Both the position numbers and the translations under genes were made by a program. This document shows, piece after piece, positions 20,444-30,185 of a stretch of 64,000 nt of DNA (position 1 is its first letter; every line of letters starts with the position of its first letter). This DNA is from Pelagomonas calceolata (Eukaryota), in NCBI GenBank assembly GCA_918797485.1, contig CAKKNE010000003.1, forward strand, positions 3,472,001-3,536,000. Direction: 5' to 3'. The notes under the pieces were generated by a model that did not search any database, was not told where the DNA came from, and saw only the letters and a program-made list of their open reading frames with translations.

Positions 20444-22873
20444 ATGAGACGCGCAGTCCAGCTCACGCTGCGAGCAGCCAAGTCGACGGCGCCCAAGCCC
20501 AAGGCGCCGCAGCCGCCGCGGCCGCCGATGTCCCATGACGCCGCCCGGCGCGCTAGAGCTCGCGCCGCCGCCGCGAACGGGGCGCCGCGGCGGCAGCCCT
20601 CTGCAAAGCCGCGGCCGCCGGCCGACGGCGCGCCCAGAGGCGCCGCGCCGGCGCCGCGACGACCACCGGCGGACGGTGCGGCGCGCCGGCCTGGACCCGG
20701 CAAGGCGCAACCGCAGGGCAAGGCGCCGCCGCGGCAGCAACGCGCCCAGGCCGAGGCGCGGCCCCCGCAAGCGAACGGCGCGGCGGCGCCGCGGGCGCGA
20801 CCGAAGCCGCGACCGGGACGGCCGCAGCGCGCCGCCGCAGCGCCGGCCGCCGCAGCACCGGCCGTTGTTGACCCGCGCGTCGACGAGGACGCGCGGCGAC
20901 GCCGGGAATCAGCGAGACGCCGCGCGCCCCAGATGGCGCAGCCCGTGCGACGAAAACCAAAAGTGACGCAGAAGGCTACCCTGAAATTGAACTCCAAGGG
21001 CCTGACGACGGCCGGGAAAGTGGCCGGGGCGCTCGGTGTCGGTGTTGATGTGGTCCGACGGGCCCTGGCCGCTTTGGGCTCGGAGCAGCGGCGACGCGAC
21101 GCCGACCTCGACGGCGACACTGCCGAGTTAGTGGCCATGGAGATCGGCCGAACGCTGGAGGTCGTGCGGGCCGTCAAAGCTGCACGAGTCGTGAAGGACT
21201 CGGTCGAGGAGGTCGACGCGAAGGCGGCTTTATTGAGAGCTGAAACGTTGGAGCGGGAAGCTTCTGACGCCTTCGAGAAGGCCGCTTCACAATACCCCTC
21301 GGGAGACGACTGGTCCGCACTACCGCTGCGACCGCCCACCGTCGCGGTGCTCGGCCACGTCGACCACGGCAAGACGACTTTGTTAGATGCGCTGCGAGGC
21401 ACGTCGACAGAAGAGGCCGGTGGGATCACGCAATCCCTGAGCGCGTTCACGGTCGGCAGTACGACCTTCCTCGACACGCCGGGCCACGCCGCTTTTACGG
21501 CCATGCGCCAAGCGTCGACGCACGCCGTGGATTGTGGGGTCGTCGTCGTGGCCGCGGACGATGGCGTGATGCCTCAGACGCAAGAAGCCGTCAAACAGTG
21601 CCGCGACGCCCAGGCCTCGATCATAGTGTGCGTCACGAAGTGCGACGTCTGCGACGTCAAGGAGGACGACCTTCGGTTGCAGTTGTTGGAGCAGTGCGGC
21701 CTGGCTACGGAGAAGGACGGCGGAGATGCTCCGCTCGTCCGAGTTTCTGCGAAAAATAATGATTTAGATGAGCTGCGAACTACCCTAGAGCTCGTGGCGG
21801 AGGTCAGCGACCTGCGGGCGGATCCCTCCGCGCGCGCCAGGGGCGCCGTCCTCGACGTTTCTTCAGACGCGAAATCAGGATTGACCGTCGACGGCGTCGT
21901 GAGATGGGGCACGCTGCGCAAGGGCGACGTCATCGTCTGCGGCGACTGGCACGGGAAAATTAGATCTGTGGTAGGGGACCCCTTGGGTGCACAAACAAAG
22001 GAGGCGGGTCCGGGCGCGCCCGTCCGATTTTCTGCAGCGTTAAGTAGTGAGGGCGGCGGGCCTTTGGAAGGACAGTTCGTCGTTGTCGAGGACGCCGCGA
22101 CGGCCCGAAGCGTCGCGTCGCTGCGCGGGCGCGCCATTCAAGCGCGGCGGTCGGCGGCCGAGGCGCGGTCGGTCGCAGACCGCGTTGCCGTGTCTGTTGA
22201 CGACGAGGAGGAGGAAACACAAGTGTTGAGGCCGCCCGTCGTCCTCAAGGTCGCGACGGACGCCGAGGCCAAGGCCTGTGAAGCTGCGTTACAAGCTTTA
22301 CCATCACAACGCGCCGTCGCTGATATAATAAAATGCGACGTCGGCGCCGTAACTCCGTCGGACGTCGAGCTAGCATCAACTTTTGACGCGCCCATCTTCG
22401 CGTTCAACGTGGGCGCCTCTGGCTCGGTCCGAGAAGCTTGCCGAAGGCGAGAAGTACCCTACACGCGACACGACATCGTCTACTCGCTCGTCGACGACGT
22501 CGCCGCCTACCTGTCCTCGAAGCTGCCTCCCGACCGCATCTCAAAAGACGTGGCGCGCGCCGAGGTGCTGCAGCTCTTCACATTGAACAATGGGTCGACG
22601 GTTATTGGGTGCCGAATCGTGGAAGGCACCTTCCCGGCGAGCGCGGGCGTGCGCGTGGCTCGCTCTGGCGAGGTCATCGAGACGGACGCCCGCGGCGTGG
22701 CGTCGCTGCGGCGCGTCAAGGACGTCGTGAGCGAAGTCGCAAAAGGTCTCGAATGCGGCGTCGGCTTGCATTCTTCCGAGGTTTCAGGACTGGTGAAGGA
22801 GGGCGACGTGCTCGAGGCGTTCGTCGTCGAGGAGCGGCCGGCGGATCTGGGGGGTGGGGGTAATGTTACGTAG
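20444..22873 (+). CDS. infB: Organellar (probably mitochondrial) translation initiation factor IF-2
   Basis: GHVDHGKTTLLD, EAGGITQ, FLDTPGHAAF, DDGVMPQT and GLECG motifs; basic N-terminal presequence. Confidence 0.93.
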   Translation: MRRAVQLTLRAAKSTAPKPKAPQPPRPPMSHDAARRARARAAAANGAPRRQPSAKPRPPADGAPRGAAPAPRRPPADGAARRPGPGKAQPQGKAPPRQQRAQAEARPPQANGAAAPRARPKPRPGRPQRAAAAPAAAAPAVVDPRVDEDARRRRESARRRAPQMAQPVRRKPKVTQKATLKLNSKGLTTAGKVAGALGVGVDVVRRALAALGSEQRRRDADLDGDTAELVAMEIGRTLEVVRAVKAARVVKDSVEEVDAKAALLRAETLEREASDAFEKAASQYPSGDDWSALPLRPPTVAVLGHVDHGKTTLLDALRGTSTEEAGGITQSLSAFTVGSTTFLDTPGHAAFTAMRQASTHAVDCGVVVVAADDGVMPQTQEAVKQCRDAQASIIVCVTKCDVCDVKEDDLRLQLLEQCGLATEKDGGDAPLVRVSAKNNDLDELRTTLELVAEVSDLRADPSARARGAVLDVSSDAKSGLTVDGVVRWGTLRKGDVIVCGDWHGKIRSVVGDPLGAQTKEAGPGAPVRFSAALSSEGGGPLEGQFVVVEDAATARSVASLRGRAIQARRSAAEARSVADRVAVSVDDEEEETQVLRPPVVLKVATDAEAKACEAALQALPSQRAVADIIKCDVGAVTPSDVELASTFDAPIFAFNVGASGSVREACRRREVPYTRHDIVYSLVDDVAAYLSSKLPPDRISKDVARAEVLQLFTLNNGSTVIGCRIVEGTFPASAGVRVARSGEVIETDARGVASLRRVKDVVSEVAKGLECGVGLHSSEVSGLVKEGDVLEAFVVEERPADLGGGGNVT

Positions 22874-22904
22874 GATATGAGTCACGCTACAAACACAGAT
22901 CATC

Positions 22905-24008
22905 TTAGTCGAAGCGTCCCGGGCGCCGCCGCCGCGGCCGCGCCCCCTGGAGGTCCCGCAGCACGTAATGCGCCGCCCAGCGCCGCTGCTCGCCCAGCAG
23001 CCCCCTTACTAAAGACGTGACGAGCGTCCCCGCGCAGGCCGCCCCCGCGAGCAACGCGACGTGCCACGCGACGCCTTCGCCGGACTCCAAGTCCAAAGTT
23101 CTAGCGTCCGCCGCGAGCACGCCGCACCTTGCTAATAACAACCGCAGCGCGTAGACGTACGAGGGGAAGACACAAAGCCAATGTAAGACGAGTAGCGGCG
23201 AGGTCACGAGGTGATCTACAATAATCCCGATGTCCTCGCAAATACCGCCGGGCTCCGCTACGATTAATGCGAGCGCTCGCGGGACCATGCTTCGTAGAGG
23301 TTCGTGCCGCCGCAGCGCCGTGACTCGATTTTTGAGGTAGCGCGCATCGAGCGCGAGCATCAACAACCCGACCATCAGATCCGTGCCTAGATTAGGTTGT
23401 TCAGCGACGACGGGCGCCGTTTTCAACGACACTCGTGCCACGATCCTTCTTAAAAACGAGGGCGGCGGCTGCGCCTGTCCTAACGTGACGGCGGACTGCA
23501 GGCACGGCAGGCCCGGGAAGAGGAGAGCGAGGTAGTCCGCGACCGGTCCCGGGAGCAGTAACGCGTCGACGCGTGAATCGACGACTAAAACGCACCGCAC
23601 GCCGACGGCAAACAACTTCAGAGCCACACGGCCCTGCTTGACCGCTAGAAAGAAGGCCGCGCCTCGCAGAGCCAATCGCGTCAGAGCGGCGGCGGCCTGG
23701 GCCGCGCGCGCCTCGTCATCATCGTCTGAAGGCGTATTGACAATATACCGCAACAACCGCTCCATTGTACTCCGCCAGTCGTGGTCTCGCATAAACTCGC
23801 GCAGCGTCGGCGTTCTCACACAATTCCAGGGACTCTTGCAGACGTCGCAGCCCCTCGAAATTAACTCGGGCCGGGTCTCTAGCCACCGACTGAGGCAGTG
23901 CGCGTGGATAGCACCGATGGAGCCTGTGCAGGCGCATGGTGTTAGTAAAATGCCCTCGTCGCTGCCTTCGTAGCAGATGCGGCAGACGGGGGCGTCGGCG
24001 TCGGCCAT
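22905..24008 (-). CDS. RING-CH (MARCH-type) membrane E3 ligase
   Basis: CRICYE...PCACTGSIGAIHAHCLSRW...CDVCK followed by hydrophobic segments. Confidence 0.85.
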   Translation of the reverse strand: MADADAPVCRICYEGSDEGILLTPCACTGSIGAIHAHCLSRWLETRPELISRGCDVCKSPWNCVRTPTLREFMRDHDWRSTMERLLRYIVNTPSDDDDEARAAQAAAALTRLALRGAAFFLAVKQGRVALKLFAVGVRCVLVVDSRVDALLLPGPVADYLALLFPGLPCLQSAVTLGQAQPPPSFLRRIVARVSLKTAPVVAEQPNLGTDLMVGLLMLALDARYLKNRVTALRRHEPLRSMVPRALALIVAEPGGICEDIGIIVDHLVTSPLLVLHWLCVFPSYVYALRLLLARCGVLAADARTLDLESGEGVAWHVALLAGAACAGTLVTSLVRGLLGEQRRWAAHYVLRDLQGARPRRRRPGRFD

Positions 24009-24086
24009 GGCTCTGGCTCTCAGAGCTGTGGCTCTCAAGGGGCCCGTGAACGCACGCTCGTCCGACAAACTTTGTTGGCACTCCGA

Positions 24087-24108
24087 GCTAGCGCATCAAC
24101 ATACTAGC
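24087..24108 (+). promoter_or_regulatory. Degenerate CTAG-bounded upstream motif copy
   Basis: GCTAGCGCATCAACATACTAGC about 80 bp upstream of the RING-CH start. Confidence 0.35.
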
Positions 24109-24299
24109 TTTCAACTTCAGGACGTCAGTAAATTATATGTACTTTCTTTACTTCGAGCGGCTCGGGGGGAAACGGGAATGAGGGACGGGGACCGAGCACG
24201 CGAGTCGTCTCGACGCCTTCCCGGAACGGGCCCTTGTTGGCCCTTTCCGGGGTTTACGTCGAGGGCGGCGCGGGCTCTTGCTAGCCCGCGGCCGGCGGC

Positions 24300-25236
24300 C
24301 TACACTAGGCAGGCCGCCTTGCAGTTTTTCGCCACGGCCGCAAACTCACCGGAGAAGTCGTCGCACTCGCAGTCCTTGCACTCGTCTTGAAGGGCAGAGC
24401 ATGCCTCGCACTGGCCCTCCCGGTTCCAGAACGTGCCGGCCGGGCACGTCCACGCTGACGTAGGCGCCGAGGATGCCGTAGGAGCCAAGGTAGGCGCGGA
24501 CGACGGGGCGCTCGTCGGTGTGCTCGACGGTGCGGGTGACGGTCCGGCCGTCGGCGCGCCCGTGGGGTCCGATGAAGGCGCGACCGTCGGCGCCGCGGAG
24601 ACTGTCGGGCTCAGAGTAGGCCCGAGCGTCGGCGCCGGCGTCGGCACAGGAATGGGCACAGGCGTGACTGTCGGCACCGGCGTCGGCCGCGACGTCGGGC
24701 CAGCCGTCGGCGTGGCCGTGGGCACAGGTGTCGGCAAGGCCGTCGGCCCGGCCGTCGGGCTAGCCGTAGGAGCGGACGTCGGGCTAGCCGTAGGCAAGGC
24801 CGTCGGCCCGGCCGTCGGGATAGCCGTAGGACTTGACGTCGGCGTCGGGGTCGGCACGCACCAGGCCGGGTAATTCGCGTCGCCGGGTTGGCATTCCTCA
24901 CCCGTCCACTGGTAGATCTTGTCGTACGCGCACCCGCCACTTTTGCACGGCTGGGAGACGTCGCAGAGCGTCCTGCCGGCCCCGCAGTACTTCATGGCTC
25001 CGAGCCAATTTCTGGGCTTAAAGCCTTCGGTGTTCCACCTGCCAGCGTTGCACGCGGAGTTCCCGTTTCCGCGCTCATGTCTGTCACAAGTGCTAAACAT
25101 TCCGCCCGCCGCTTTGCGCACGCGACGCCCCAATCCCTGATGATCTCGCCCAAGACGCGACCATATCCCGTATCCTTTGTCACTGCGTCCACATCGCCCT
25201 CCGACATAGCTTCCTTGCTTATCGCCTCCGCACAGG
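24300..25236 (-). pseudogene. Cys-rich / PT-repeat extracellular protein fragment
   Basis: Cys-rich segment, (PTA/S)n mucin-like stalk, then TCPAGTF...CEAC. No signal peptide or convincing start, and an upstream in-frame TGA near 25240. Confidence 0.45.
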
Positions 25237-25291
25237 CTTCAGGTCTGTCGGGGGGGAAACCCGTGCGTATCTCAAAACGACGAAACCTTAC

Positions 25292-27169
25292 TCACCCCGA
25301 CGAAGCAACTCTTCTCTCAGCGACGAACGAACAAAGCATCTGCGTGTGCGCCAACTTCCGCGCCGCGACCAGCGCCGCCTCGCGCGGCGCGAGGAACCAG
25401 TCCGGGACAAATTCAAAATCGCCCGAGTCCCGGTCGACGACGCCGTAGCGTTCAGAATTCGTCGCCAGGTCGCCAACGAGGTCCTCGATGTATTCAAAAG
25501 CAGCCTGTCGCGCGGGCGCGACGAGTGCCGCGTCGCAGACCCATCCCACATGGGGCGGCGCGGCGCAGGACACGCCGTCGAACGCTGCGACGAGGCTTCG
25601 CGGCGGCTCCGGCGCCGCACCGGACAACGTACATTTCTCGCCCAAGCGGAGCACGTGCACGCCGTCCACGTCCTCCAGCGAAGCAAATGTTCTCTCGGAG
25701 CAGCCGGCGACGATTGGAATAGGCGCGCCCAACAAACTCTCGGCGTCGTCTCTAGGTAAAGCCATGACGAGCGCGCCGCGCCAGCGCAGCGGCTTGAGGA
25801 GTTCTGTCAGGCCCAGCGCGATGTCGCCCGCGGTCCCCCCGTCGGCCCCGACGACGACGAGCGACGCCTCGCCCAAGAGCAGGGAGAGCGCTCGCGCCAG
25901 TATGACACCGTCGACGGTCGCGACGGCCGCCGCGATGGCCGCCGTCGCCATCGTCGCCGGCGTCGTCTTTGGGGATTCGTCTCCATCAAGATCAATGTCA
26001 TCAATAACTTGCGCGAGGCGCTCCGGCGCCTCGAAGACGGCGTCGCGCGGTAATGCTAGGATGTCGTCGTCGTCGCGCGCGAGGGCCTCCAGAAACGCGA
26101 GGACCGCCCGCCCCGGCGGACAGCGCGTCGCCGCGGCGAACGTCCGCTCCCCGACCACGCAAATGTCATCACCAAGGGGTACTGGCGGCGGCGCGTCCTC
26201 ATCTACAGCAAGCTGGATCTGCGTCCGCACCAAAGCGGGCGCGACGCGCTCGATTGTTTTTATGGAGACGGTCGCGACATATAGAGGAGCATCATCACCA
26301 GCCAAAGTGATGACGCGAACCTTCGGCGCGCCCGTCACGTAGGCCTCGGCCGCTGTCGTTTTCATGATCTCCAGCGGCACCTGTGTGGAAATCAAATTTC
26401 GCGGCGCTTCTCATACGGCTGAATCATAACTTCCACCCCATCGACGTAACGCCTGCTCGACGGCGTGGTGGTGTGGGTCTTACACCACTCGATTCAGTTA
26501 TCACGACCGCGTTGTCGCGAGCACCCGACCCACTGGTTGATTTCCACACAGGCAGGGCACGCCGTCGGGGCAGCAGAACGCGGGCAGCGCGCGGCGCGCG
26601 TTTACGGCCAAATCGCCCCGCCCAAACAGCTCGCGTGGTCTAGCCGCGTACGCGCCTTTGATGGAGCTCGAGCCCGCGGCGCCCTCGCCATTTGCGTCGA
26701 ACGCCCCATACACGGCCACGAACTCCAGCGACGGCGTCGCCTCCTCGATGAGTGGAGGCGGCTTCGACGTGGGCTGGACGAGCGCGAACGACGCGCGGCG
26801 CGCCGCCGGCAGCCGCGAATCCAATGAAAAGCGCGTCGTCGACACGCTGTAGCGCCTGCCCGTCTTCGGCGCGGGCGGCGGCGGCGGCGGCGCTTCGTCC
26901 TGCGCCGGCGGAGGCGCCGCGGCCCTCGCATTTAACCGCGCCGTCAGTGAAAAATTCTCGCGTTTGAGCCGCGCCACCTCCTTGCGCAAAGCTGCTTCGT
27001 CTTTGTCGTCGCGGCGCCGGATCGGCGACCGCACCGGCGTCTTCGTCGGTTTCTTGACGGCCTTGCGCGTGGCGTTCGCCGGCCGCAGCGGCTCGGGCCG
27101 CGGCGCCTTCTGCGCCGTCTGGATGATGTCCGCGAAGGGGTTCGCGACGGTCGCGCGGCGGTCGGCCAT
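25292..27169 (-). CDS. DENN-domain protein; two exons (intron 26381-26560)
   Basis: Splicing gives LPAFCCPDG|VPLEIM (uDENN FC.PDG motif). LSLLLGEASLVVV...LLKPLRW...LLGAPIPIVAG is the core DENN region. Confidence 0.8.
26381..26560 (-). mobile_element. Introner element (DNA-transposon-derived intron)
   Basis: Perfect 16-bp TIR CCTGTGTGGAAATCAA (26380-26395) / TTGATTTCCACACAGG (26537-26552). Near-duplicated target GTGCCCTG/GTGCCGCT on the minus strand. Confidence 0.85.
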
Positions 27170-27415
27170 CTCTGTCTTTGGTTTGGCAGACGAACTGCAG
27201 TTGCTTGAGCGGCAGCGTCGTCCAACGCAGTTGCAGCGTTGGCGTACACTTCTGCGGCGTCGTCGGCGCGGCAGTTTGATTTGGGCACACAACTGCTGTA
27301 GATTGGTCGACGCGACAGCGCTCGTCCGAGCGGCGAGAGAGTCGCAGCGCTGGCGTATTGTACTTGTTCAATAGCTCTCAGCGCGGCGGACAAAGCTAAA
27401 CGACCAAAAAACAGA

Positions 27416-27437
27416 GCTAGCCTGTAAAGACACTAGG
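27416..27437 (+). promoter_or_regulatory. CTAG-bounded upstream motif copy
   Basis: GCTAGCCTGTAAAGACACTAGG upstream of the DENN gene. Confidence 0.55.
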
Positions 27438-27507
27438 AAAATATCGCAGCCACCTGCTGCCCAACAGGGGACAAATGATAAATACAGTATATACACAGGA
27501 GGACCTA

Positions 27508-28539
27508 CTACGCCAGCGCCGGCAGCCGACGAAACAATTCGTAGGGCAGCGGCCACAGCCGGACGACCCACCGCTCGACCAAGGCTTTGACCCACGGCAC
27601 GGCGCGTCCTTTCAACACCACCACGCGCCCGTAGCACAGCACCCCATCGTCCGGGCCGAGCGCCAGGGCGACGATCCGCGCCGGCGGTACGTAGGCGCCG
27701 GGCGGCGCTTTTCCCAAAATTTCCGAAGCCACCATCAAAGCCACGTACTCGCCCTCGAAGTGGGCGTAGGCCGCGAGGTACTGATCGGCGTCTTTGGCGA
27801 CGCAGTCGCCGGCGGCCCAGACGTTTTTCATTGATGTCCGGAAGCGATCGTCGACGCGGACGAAGCCGCGCGCGTCTCTGTCAACAAAGGTCGCGAGCCA
27901 GCCCGTCCGCGGCCGGGCGCCGTAGCACGCGACGCGCGCGTCGAAGGAGCCGCGCTCCTCCTCGCCGTTTAGTTTGACGCGCACGTTTTTTGAGCGAAGA
28001 GCTTCAAGAGCGTAGCGCCGCGCCGCTTCCGGCAGATCGCGCACCAGTTCGCTCTCCCGCGCCGTCAGCGTCACGGTATGATTGGCGGCGAGCTCGCCCG
28101 CGACCTCGACGCCCACCGCGCCGCCGCCGACCACCAGAACTGAGGAGGCGTCTCCCAACTCGCGTTGGGCGCCGGCGAGCTGCGCCCGCCGATCTAATGA
28201 AGCCAGTTGAGCTTTGATCGGTCGCGCGTAGGCGCAGCCGACGCAAACAATGAGGTGGTCGTAGGGCACCCTTTTCCTTTCCCCATCACACTCGACGTGG
28301 ACCTCGCGTTCATGCGCCGCCACGGCGACGCCTTTCACAAACTCGACGCCCGGCAGCGCATCATGGAAAGAAGTGAGGATCGTCTCGGCCTTTCGCCGGC
28401 CGCCCAGGACCTCGTGGACCCCGGGAGTGAACTCCCATTCATCAGACGCATCAATCAGAACGACGTCGGCGACGCGGCGCAGGCCCTTGGCCGCGTAGAG
28501 GCCGGCGAAGGACGCGCCGACGACGACTACGCGCGGCAT
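27508..28539 (-). CDS. FAD/NAD(P)-dependent oxidoreductase (AMID/FSP1/NDH-2-like)
   Basis: VVVVGASFAGL, YDHLIVCVG, VVGGGAVGVEVAGE and NVWAAGDC motifs. Confidence 0.9.
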   Translation of the reverse strand: MPRVVVVGASFAGLYAAKGLRRVADVVLIDASDEWEFTPGVHEVLGGRRKAETILTSFHDALPGVEFVKGVAVAAHEREVHVECDGERKRVPYDHLIVCVGCAYARPIKAQLASLDRRAQLAGAQRELGDASSVLVVGGGAVGVEVAGELAANHTVTLTARESELVRDLPEAARRYALEALRSKNVRVKLNGEEERGSFDARVACYGARPRTGWLATFVDRDARGFVRVDDRFRTSMKNVWAAGDCVAKDADQYLAAYAHFEGEYVALMVASEILGKAPPGAYVPPARIVALALGPDDGVLCYGRVVVLKGRAVPWVKALVERWVVRLWPLPYELFRRLPALA

Positions 28540-28687
28540 CGTGGCATTTGTGCTTGCTTGGGGCAGCCTCCAGGAGCCGGCCGTGTCGCTGCCGTGGGGC
28601 CGCGGTTTCGATGGGTGAACGAGTTTACGGGTGCGTTGCAGCTGTGCGCAGCGCCTACTACAACTCACACGCGGGCCGGCAGCCGCA

Positions 28688-28710
28688 GCTAGCGGCTGTA
28701 AGGCACTAGT
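28688..28710 (+). promoter_or_regulatory. CTAG-bounded upstream motif copy (TAAGGCAC variant)
   Basis: GCTAGCGGCTGTAAGGCACTAGT between divergent genes. Confidence 0.65.
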
Positions 28711-28784
28711 GTGGGAAGCTTTTGAAGCTTTTCAAGCCTTTTTGCATCGTAGGGCTGCCCCCGAGCGATTTGACCATACACAAG

Positions 28785-30185
28785 ATGATCCTCACGCAGT
28801 GCGCCGTCTGCGCCACCGAGCTTGGCTTGTCATTGGGCAAGAAATGCGGCCGCTGCAGCACGCGCTACTGCGGGGCAGCCTGCCAGGTGCAGCACTGGAA
28901 AGAGGGCGGCCACGACACGCTCTGCAAGAAGATTAAAAGGGCTGGTGGCGCGGAGCAATACAACGCAAATACGAAGTACTCGGAGGCCGTAGCCGTCGCG
29001 GCGGAGGCGTGCGCCGACGACACGAGGGGCCAGACGTGCTACATCTGCACGCAAGCCCTCCACTGGAAGACGAGAGAGGGCCTCGTGCGTATGTGTGCGT
29101 GCCGCGGGACGGCGGGCTTTGCCCACGTGTCGTGCTTGGCGGAGCAGGCGAAGATTTTGGTCGCGGAGGCCAAGGAGAACAATTTGCGCGCCAAGGACAA
29201 GAATGAGAGGTGGGCGCGGTGGCACACGTGTGGTCTGTGCGAGCAACAATACCATAGCGTCGTGGCGTGCGCGCTCGGGTGGGCGTGCTGGAAGACGTAC
29301 TTGGGCCGGCCGGAGGGGGATTCGTATCGGCAGAGTGCGATGCAGCAGCTTGGGAGCGGTTTATCCGCTGCTGGTCATCACGAGGAAGCGTTGTCCGTGC
29401 GAGAGGCCGAGTTGGCTATGTTACGGCGCCTTGGCGCACCAGAACACCACATTCTCTGCACGCAGAGCAATCTGGCGAACACGTATGCTGCGGTTGGACG
29501 AGATGAAGAGGCCCTGCCGATGAGGCGAGAGGTATACTCCGGACGTTTGAACCTCAACGGCGAGGAACATGGAGAGACCCTCTCAGCAGCCAACAACTAC
29601 GCGTTCTCCCTTCTTGATCTACAACGGTTCGAAGAAGCCAGGTCACTGTTGCGCAAAATGATTCCCGTGGCGCGGCGCACTCTCGGCGAGAGTAAGCGTC
29701 TCACGCTCCTGTTGCGGTGGAACTACGCGAAGACGCTCTGCCTCGACACCGGCGCTACGTTCGACGATATCCGCGAGGCAGTGACGACGCTCGAGGAGAC
29801 GGAACGGACCGCGCGGCGCGTCCTCGGTGGCGCTCACCCGCTTACAGTGGACATTGAGGGCAACCTCCGAAACGCGCGAATCATGCTCCGCGCCCGCGAA
29901 GGCGACGTCGAGCCCCTCCGTGCGGCCGTCGAGGCGATGGCACCGGGGGATGCGCAAGACGATCCATGTGCCTACTCCTGCTGCTGGGGAGACTGTACAC
30001 TACGAACGGCTCGGGACACTCAAACATCGCGCGTACAGGGGGGTGGTGGCAGGTGGTATGTGCAGGGCGCTAGGCGACGGCGCAGCCCCGGCCCTCGGCG
30101 CTCTCCTCGTCGACGGCCTTGTGGACGGGCTCGGCCGCGGCCTCCTCGTCGGCCTTGGGCAGGACCGCGGGGGCCTTGGGCTTGA
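28785..30185 (+). CDS. MYND + RING-variant + TPR protein (paralog of 14006-15178); 3' end uncertain
   Basis: Near-identical N-terminus MILTQCAVCATELGLSLGKKCGRCSTRYCG. Reads past the position of the paralog's stop codon. Confidence 0.8.
   Translation: MILTQCAVCATELGLSLGKKCGRCSTRYCGAACQVQHWKEGGHDTLCKKIKRAGGAEQYNANTKYSEAVAVAAEACADDTRGQTCYICTQALHWKTREGLVRMCACRGTAGFAHVSCLAEQAKILVAEAKENNLRAKDKNERWARWHTCGLCEQQYHSVVACALGWACWKTYLGRPEGDSYRQSAMQQLGSGLSAAGHHEEALSVREAELAMLRRLGAPEHHILCTQSNLANTYAAVGRDEEALPMRREVYSGRLNLNGEEHGETLSAANNYAFSLLDLQRFEEARSLLRKMIPVARRTLGESKRLTLLLRWNYAKTLCLDTGATFDDIREAVTTLEETERTARRVLGGAHPLTVDIEGNLRNARIMLRAREGDVEPLRAAVEAMAPGDAQDDPCAYSCCWGDCTLRTARDTQTSRVQGGGGRWYVQGARRRRSPGPRRSPRRRPCGRARPRPPRRPWAGPRGPWA

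Noticed and set aside
20305..21504. Long antisense or alternative-frame ORFs (also 62075-63958, 1103-2083, 38-39 kb and others)
   Set aside because: These are shadow ORFs of real genes in high-GC DNA, with no domain signal.
24460..24860. Periodic GCCGTCGG repeats as a possible CRISPR-like array
   Set aside because: They encode Pro-Thr-rich peptide repeats, with no constant repeat/unique spacer structure.
25236..25245. In-frame TGA upstream of the Cys-rich ORF as possible selenocysteine
   Set aside because: No redox-motif context, no upstream start and no SECIS identified.
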